NCBI RefSeq assembly: GCF_009914755.1
Contig: NC_060927.1
From: the human T2T-CHM13v2.0 reference genome, Homo sapiens
Strand: one strand, 5' to 3'
DNA: 64,000 nucleotides
A program made the translations under genes and the position numbers. The notes beneath the pieces are model-generated. The model saw only the letters and a list, made by a program, of their open reading frames with translations, was not told the origin of the DNA and made no database searches. Of this stretch, positions 57,945 through 64,000 are shown one piece after another. The number at the start of each line of letters is the position of its first letter. Positions within the stretch are counted from its first letter, which is position 1.

Positions 57945-57999
57945 GAGGGCATTTTTGTTTTAAAGTGTTCATTAATCTTGTATAGCTTTAAAAATGTCT

Positions 58000-58980
58000 T
58001 TGTTCCAGGAAATGTGTTGGAGAAGGACTGAGGACTTAAAAGATGGACCTGCTCCTTCAGAATCCTATAGGTCAAGAGAGATACAAACAAATCAGAATGT
58101 AGTAATGAATGCCATAATCACCATACATATGGTGCTGTGGGGACAGAAGAAGGGGCAATTATATGTTGAAGAAATATTGGAAGTGACAGGTGAGCTGCTG
58201 CTTAAAAATGGGGTGGAGTTCTCAGAAAAGGAAGAAGGTTGTTCCAATCTAGACAAACCGAACACAGGCATGGAGGCTGGAAAGAGCATAGTGTGAGCAC
58301 TTTGGCTCTAGAGTCACATGGATCTGGATTTTAATCTGCCTCCACCACTTAGTAGCTCTGTGACCTTGAGCAAGTCACTCTGTGCCCTTATGTCTTCATC
58401 TGTAAAGTGAGATTAATTGTAATACTACCTCATAATGTTGTTGTAAGGATGGGATGAATTAATATGGTTGAAGAGCTTAGAAGAATGTAAGTATTACATA
58501 AGCATTAGGTATTATAATTCTAAAATGCAAATCTTATGTCATTCCTTTGGGTTAAGCTTCTCAGTGCTTGTGTAGTAAGTCTGTGGAATAAATTCCCAAC
58601 TCGTTAGCCTAGCTCTACCTTGATCCCCAGCCTCTTCCCCTGTGTTCTAGCCCTGCAAGACAGCAATGCCTACAACCTCTCCTATCATATTCTCTCCCTA
58701 CTGCTGAAATAAAACTGCACATTCCTGAAGACACAGGTCAATTTTCAACTCCCCTTTGAAGCCTTTCCTGACCCTCCTGCCCTCACTTCTATAATTGTGT
58801 GATGTAGATCTAAATTGTAGCACTTATGTTTATATTCCGGTTCTTTTATTCATTTACCGCAATAGACCAGAGATACCCAGAAGGCTGGAACTATGTATCT
58901 TCCAGCCAAATTTTGTATTCTTATCATCTGGCACATACTGGGCACCCAATAAATGATTGTTGAATTAAAAAAATGAACAA
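58000..58980. mobile_element. L2 (-, ~58000-58285), MIR (+, ~58285-58510), L2 (+, ~58510-58980)
   Basis: ccaccacttagtagctctgtgaccttgagcaagtcac; ctggcacatactgggcacccaataaatgattgttgaa. Confidence 0.65.
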
Positions 58981-59151
58981 ATAGTGATTTGTATATAGTA
59001 ATAGTATGTCTTAGACATGGGCAGATAGGTGGGGATGAGCCTGGAAGCAGGGATTTTGAAGGGTGGATCTGTATGAATGCATTTAAATGATGAATAGGAG
59101 GAGCCAGTTCAGTATAGCTAGCAACCATCTTAATTTCCCCATTTATGGAGG

Positions 59152-59460
<309 letters not shown>

Positions 59461-60429
59461 CTCTAACAAATGCAACAAGCTACCAAAACTTATGTCAAGC
59501 TTCGGGCCAAAGCTTGTTCTTGGGCCCCATGTTTATTCTAGGCAGCTTGAATTTCTGTCCCTTCCTAGTTAGAAAAGGGACCACCTTGGGCTTCCTCTCT
59601 TCCCTGCTACCTTTGTCTTTCTCTCGGAGCTCTAATTAAAGCTGTGATTGTGGGGCTTCTGTGCTGGATTGTATCCACTGTGATCCTCCAAGGTTGAGGA
59701 CTCGCCTTCCTTGGCAGGTCTGTCTGGTGCTGACTCTGTCGTGAGCAGTAGTTGCTCCAGAGTTTGTTCCTTCCTGTTCCTCTGGTCAGAGTCTCACCAT
59801 GAGATGCCTTCAGCTCAGGCGAACCTGGTGCATAGATGGCACCAGTTGTCCTCTGCCTTGCTCTGGGGAGCTGCCTCATAAACCTGCAAAGTAGGTGGGG
59901 AGAGGGAGAAGAGGATCTGAGGTAGACCAAGGCCACTCAAGGGTCATTTGTCAGCCTAGCACTGAGAGGGTGGTAGTGCCCCTCCCCTTTCATTGTCAAG
60001 GCCACTGGTATACTTGTTTTTACCTGGATTGTAAGCAGGTTCAGTGCAACAGGCAGGTGCTGGGTGGTGCCAGTTGCTGGGAGATGGAGGAAGACCTGTG
60101 GTATCTGCCCCTGGGTCAAGGGAATTGCCCTCTGAATCAGGTTAGGAGTGGCAGAGGCATTGTTAGAGTCACACTTTCATGGTGAGCTGGAATCAGGTTA
60201 CCTGGTTTCAGGGCCCAGCTTTTTTACCATGGTTTCTTCATCAGAGAAAAAGGATGTTTTCAGTGGAGTATCTTCATAAGACCTTGAGGGAAAGTTGGTA
60301 GAGAGAGGATACAGGACTCCTCTGAGGAACAGCAATGCCCTTAGAATAATGCAGCCTCAGAAGGGGCCGCCCTTGAGGAGCATAGCACTCCTGGATATTG
60401 TGTGTCAGGCGTCTCTTGAAGACATTTAC

Positions 60430-60770
60430 CCCAGTGGTTAGGTACATGGATTCTCAAGCCAGGCTTCCTGAGTTCAGTCCTGGTTCTGTTATTTCCCTTC
60501 TCTGTTCCTCAGCATTCCCAAATGTAAATAGGGTAATAGCAGCAGCAAACTCCATGGGGTTGTAGTAGGGATTAAATGAGTGAATAAGTTAAAGATGATT
60601 AGAAGCAATGCTTAGCAAATGTGTAACAGATGCTATTTTAAAAATCTTAAAGTGTGATTGCCTTTTATGGTAAGTTCCAGAGGTGAGACCTTGTCATATA
60701 TACTACTGAATCCATGCAGTGCCCAACCAGAACCTGTCCTAAGCAGGTGTCCAGTTATTTACTGGATGAA
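60430..60770 (+). mobile_element. MIR (~60430-60630) and L2 3' fragment
   Basis: cagtggttaggtacatggattctc...gggttgtagtagggattaaatgag. Confidence 0.65.
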
Positions 60771-61218
60771 ATACTGAAATCTACAACTTCCCTAGTTTAT
60801 GTGTTCATCAGCAGGGAGCTAAGGCCAATAAACATGTTCCTCTTTCCCTAGGAGTAAAAACCCTCTCACAGTTCCCCTAGGGAATCATTCCTTTCAGTTC
60901 AACACAGTCCAAATTTCAACCATTAAAGTAACTCGTTCCTTTGACTTAAGATGTTTTGCTCCTGAGGCCTCATCAGTCCTCCAAGCCTGAGTGTATCCAA
61001 TTCCTCCTGAGCAGGGTTTTTGACAGGGGTGATGGGACACTTGTTTGCCAGTTGGGAGGAGGGGTAGAAGATGGGAATGATGCTGAATTATGCAGGTGAT
61101 TTATTTTGAAGGGGGATCTTAATGACTTGGCAGCATTGCTCAGAGCTCACCTTGGTGCGGGTGGGATATCTTGCTGAAAGACACAGTAATTAGGACCTGG
61201 ACATGTAGATTGAACTAT

Positions 61219-61568
<350 letters not shown>

Positions 61569-62094
61569 CCATCCAAACACAGGGCATATGTCAGGAAGGT
61601 GAGGCAAGGATCTTCAGCAGCTGTTCAGTCTCTATTGGCAGAAGTCCCTAAGCCTCTGGTATGAAAGGCCATCTTCACCTAAGTTTCTATTCCCCTGGAG
61701 ATTTGGGTGCTGTGGGGAGGGGCAGAGAGGAGAGAGGCCATGAATGGCAGAGTAATCAGCCAGGAGAAACCCAGTTGTTTCTGAAAGTATCTTTAGCAAG
61801 GTGCACATGGATTGATGGATAGATGAACTATAAATGGATTAATTAGAGTGCCAAGGTGAAATAAAAGAAAGGGAACAGGCCAATTAAGTCTACAATGTGG
61901 GGGTAGATTTCTGTTGTAAGTGATTATTAGAGAGTTACCAGGTGGGGAGAGATTTTAAGATTCATATTTGAAGGAGGAAGACTAAATGGCTTTGTTGAAG
62001 GGCAATTAGGATGTTTGAGCAAAGGAATATTAGGGAAAAGTCCTCAATATGTGCATTTTCACCTGGTTACTGTCCCAGTAGGGTAGATAAACTG

Positions 62095-62460
62095 GAAGTC
62101 CTCAACCCTGACTGCAAATGGAATCTCCTAGGGAAACATTTTAAAAAACCCCAGAAATGAAGCAAACCAACAACATACAAGCAAACAAAAAACCCACGTG
62201 TGGGCCCTACTCTAGAACAATTATTGAGACTCTTCAGGCTGCAGCCAGGCATTATGTTTTTATGTGCAGCTAGAGTTGAGCCCCCAGCATTTAGAACAAA
62301 CTTAAACGTACGCAAGAATCACCTGGGGCACTTTTTAAAAAATGCAGATTGCTAGGCCTCACCACCAGAGACTCTATTCAGTAGGTCTGGGGTTGGGGGA
62401 GGAGTCTGCATGTTTTAAAAGGTCCTCAGATAATTTAGATTCTGCAGTAGAGATATTGGA
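62095..62460. mobile_element. MER5B/MER5A-like MITEs
   Basis: aagaatcacctggggc...aaaatgcagattgctaggcc...tattcagtaggtctgggg. Confidence 0.7.
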
Positions 62461-62835
62461 TTAGAGGATGTGAACATTCCAGACAGCAAGAAAATAGTCA
62501 TGAGGGGTGCGCAAGGGTGGTGGAGGAGAGAAGCTCTGTAGGGAAAAGGACATTCCTGAAAAGATTTCCCTTCAGAGCAAAAGCTGCTATCATTAATATC
62601 ATTATCCCCTCAGCATGGCTGGTTCTGACAGAAATTGGTGTCTAGCACCCAGATTACTCACTTAATTACATTTATCTTCAGCGTCTCTTGTAATGTGCCA
62701 GCACAAGCAGTGGGTCTTGTAATTAAGAGTATGATAGAAGGAAGTACTTTGGATAGGGAGAATGAGAGGGGCTGGAGCAGGTGTTTCAGAGGGGAGGCAT
62801 GTATACTCTATTACCTGATGTCAAGAACTGTAAAG

Positions 62836-63339
62836 TGTCAAGGTCTGAGATTTACCCTACCTGCTAGCTAACAAGTTAGCCTGCCACAGTTTCATGGATG
62901 CTGGCAGAAGTTATGAGACTCCTGGATCAGAGACAAAGGACTTAATGACTCACAGCAAAGCAGGCAGCATGAACTTTAGCATATTTGTATTCGTACTTCT
63001 TACCCCCAAGTCCCACAGTAGCAATGCAGAGGGGCCCAGGTAGATGCTGCGCGTGCTGTGGGTTTGCATTATAGTTGAGGAACTTTGAGCTTAGGAAATT
63101 CCAGTTTTTACAAGAGGCTACAAACAAATCTGCTTTGTCCTGGGGCGGAGGCATTATCTTTCTTATACTTGTCAGTAAACAAATCTGCCCTTTGCCTCAG
63201 AGGGAAACAATATCTCTGTCTTCCAAGTCTGTTCACTATATGAACATCCTTGGAAAGATAATCTGGAACAAAAGCTATCAGGGTCTCGCTTATAAGATGT
63301 GCAGAAATGTCAGAGACCGTGGAGAACTGTCTCCCAACA
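62836..63339 (-). mobile_element. ERVL-class solo LTR (LTR40-like)
   Basis: TG...CA ends. The minus strand starts tgttgggagacagttctccacggtctctgacatttctgcacatc, like the recalled LTR40. Confidence 0.75.
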
Positions 63340-63666
63340 TTTAACATCTAAGGTCTTCCAGCAGTGGAAGCTATCCACCTCTTCTCACTATGTACCACAT
63401 GTTCCAGGGAAGATTGAACATGCCAGTTAGTTTTGGTATGGAGTGGAGAGTGTTCTGAGACACTAATAAAGTACTTGTAAACATCGAAGTCTGCAAGTGT
63501 TGCTGTTGTGTGTGATGTCAGCTCATACCTCAGAACATGCAATGGATTCCAGGAGTTTTGAAAAAGGGACATGAAGGCAGCAAGTGGAAATACCCCTCTC
63601 TCTGACCATCAATTCTTGACTCTGGAGGTGTCATATATGCAAGAGTGTGTAAAAAGCAACATAGAG

Positions 63667-64000
63667 GGCCAAGCAAGGTGGCTCATGCCTGTAATCCTAG
63701 CACTTTGGGAAGCCGAGGCGGGTGGATCACCTGAGGTCAGGCGTTCAAGACCAGCCTGGCCAACATGGTGAAACCCTGTCTCTACTAATAATACAAAATA
63801 TTAGGCCAGGTGCGGTGGCTCATGCCTATAATCCTAGCACCTTGGGAGGCCGAGGCAGGTGGATCACAATGTCAGGAGATTGAGACCCTCCTGGCCAACA
63901 GGGTGAAAACCCATCTCTACTAAAAAATACAAAAATTAGCTGGGTGTGGTGGCATGCGCCTGTAATCCCAGCTGCTCAAGAGGCTGAGGCAGGAGAATCA
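63667..64000 (+). mobile_element. Alu left arm (63667-63802) followed at its A-rich linker by a second Alu (63804 to window end, AluSc-like)
   Basis: Two consecutive left monomers. The second continues into a right arm and is cut by the window edge. Confidence 0.9.

Overview
Primate (most likely human or great ape) non-coding genomic DNA: CpG-depleted and packed with Alu, L1, L2, L3/CR1, MIR, MaLR/ERVL LTR and DNA-transposon remnants. It looks intronic or intergenic. I found no intact protein-coding gene. The long ORFs come from L1 ORF2 remnants, Alus, a simple repeat and a minisatellite. The only gene-derived sequence is a dead processed RPL7 pseudogene on the minus strand (~26049-29430). 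It sits inside an old L1M and is itself split by an Alu and by a 5'-inverted (twin-primed) L1PA. Other notable structure: a CpG-rich 44-bp VNTR with higher-order repeats; a ~95%-identical 276-bp dispersed duplication with one-sided CpG decay; an older ~200-bp duplication; a tail-less Alu whose target-site duplication (TSD) points the wrong way; and a dense motif cluster with an RFX X-box and CCAAT box spaced like the MHC-II X-Y module. I see no convincing evidence of a new biological system. The findings are retrotransposition and repair footprints plus candidate regulatory elements. Repeat subfamily names come from recalled consensus sequences, and boundaries of old repeats are approximate. 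Confirm them with RepeatMasker/Dfam.
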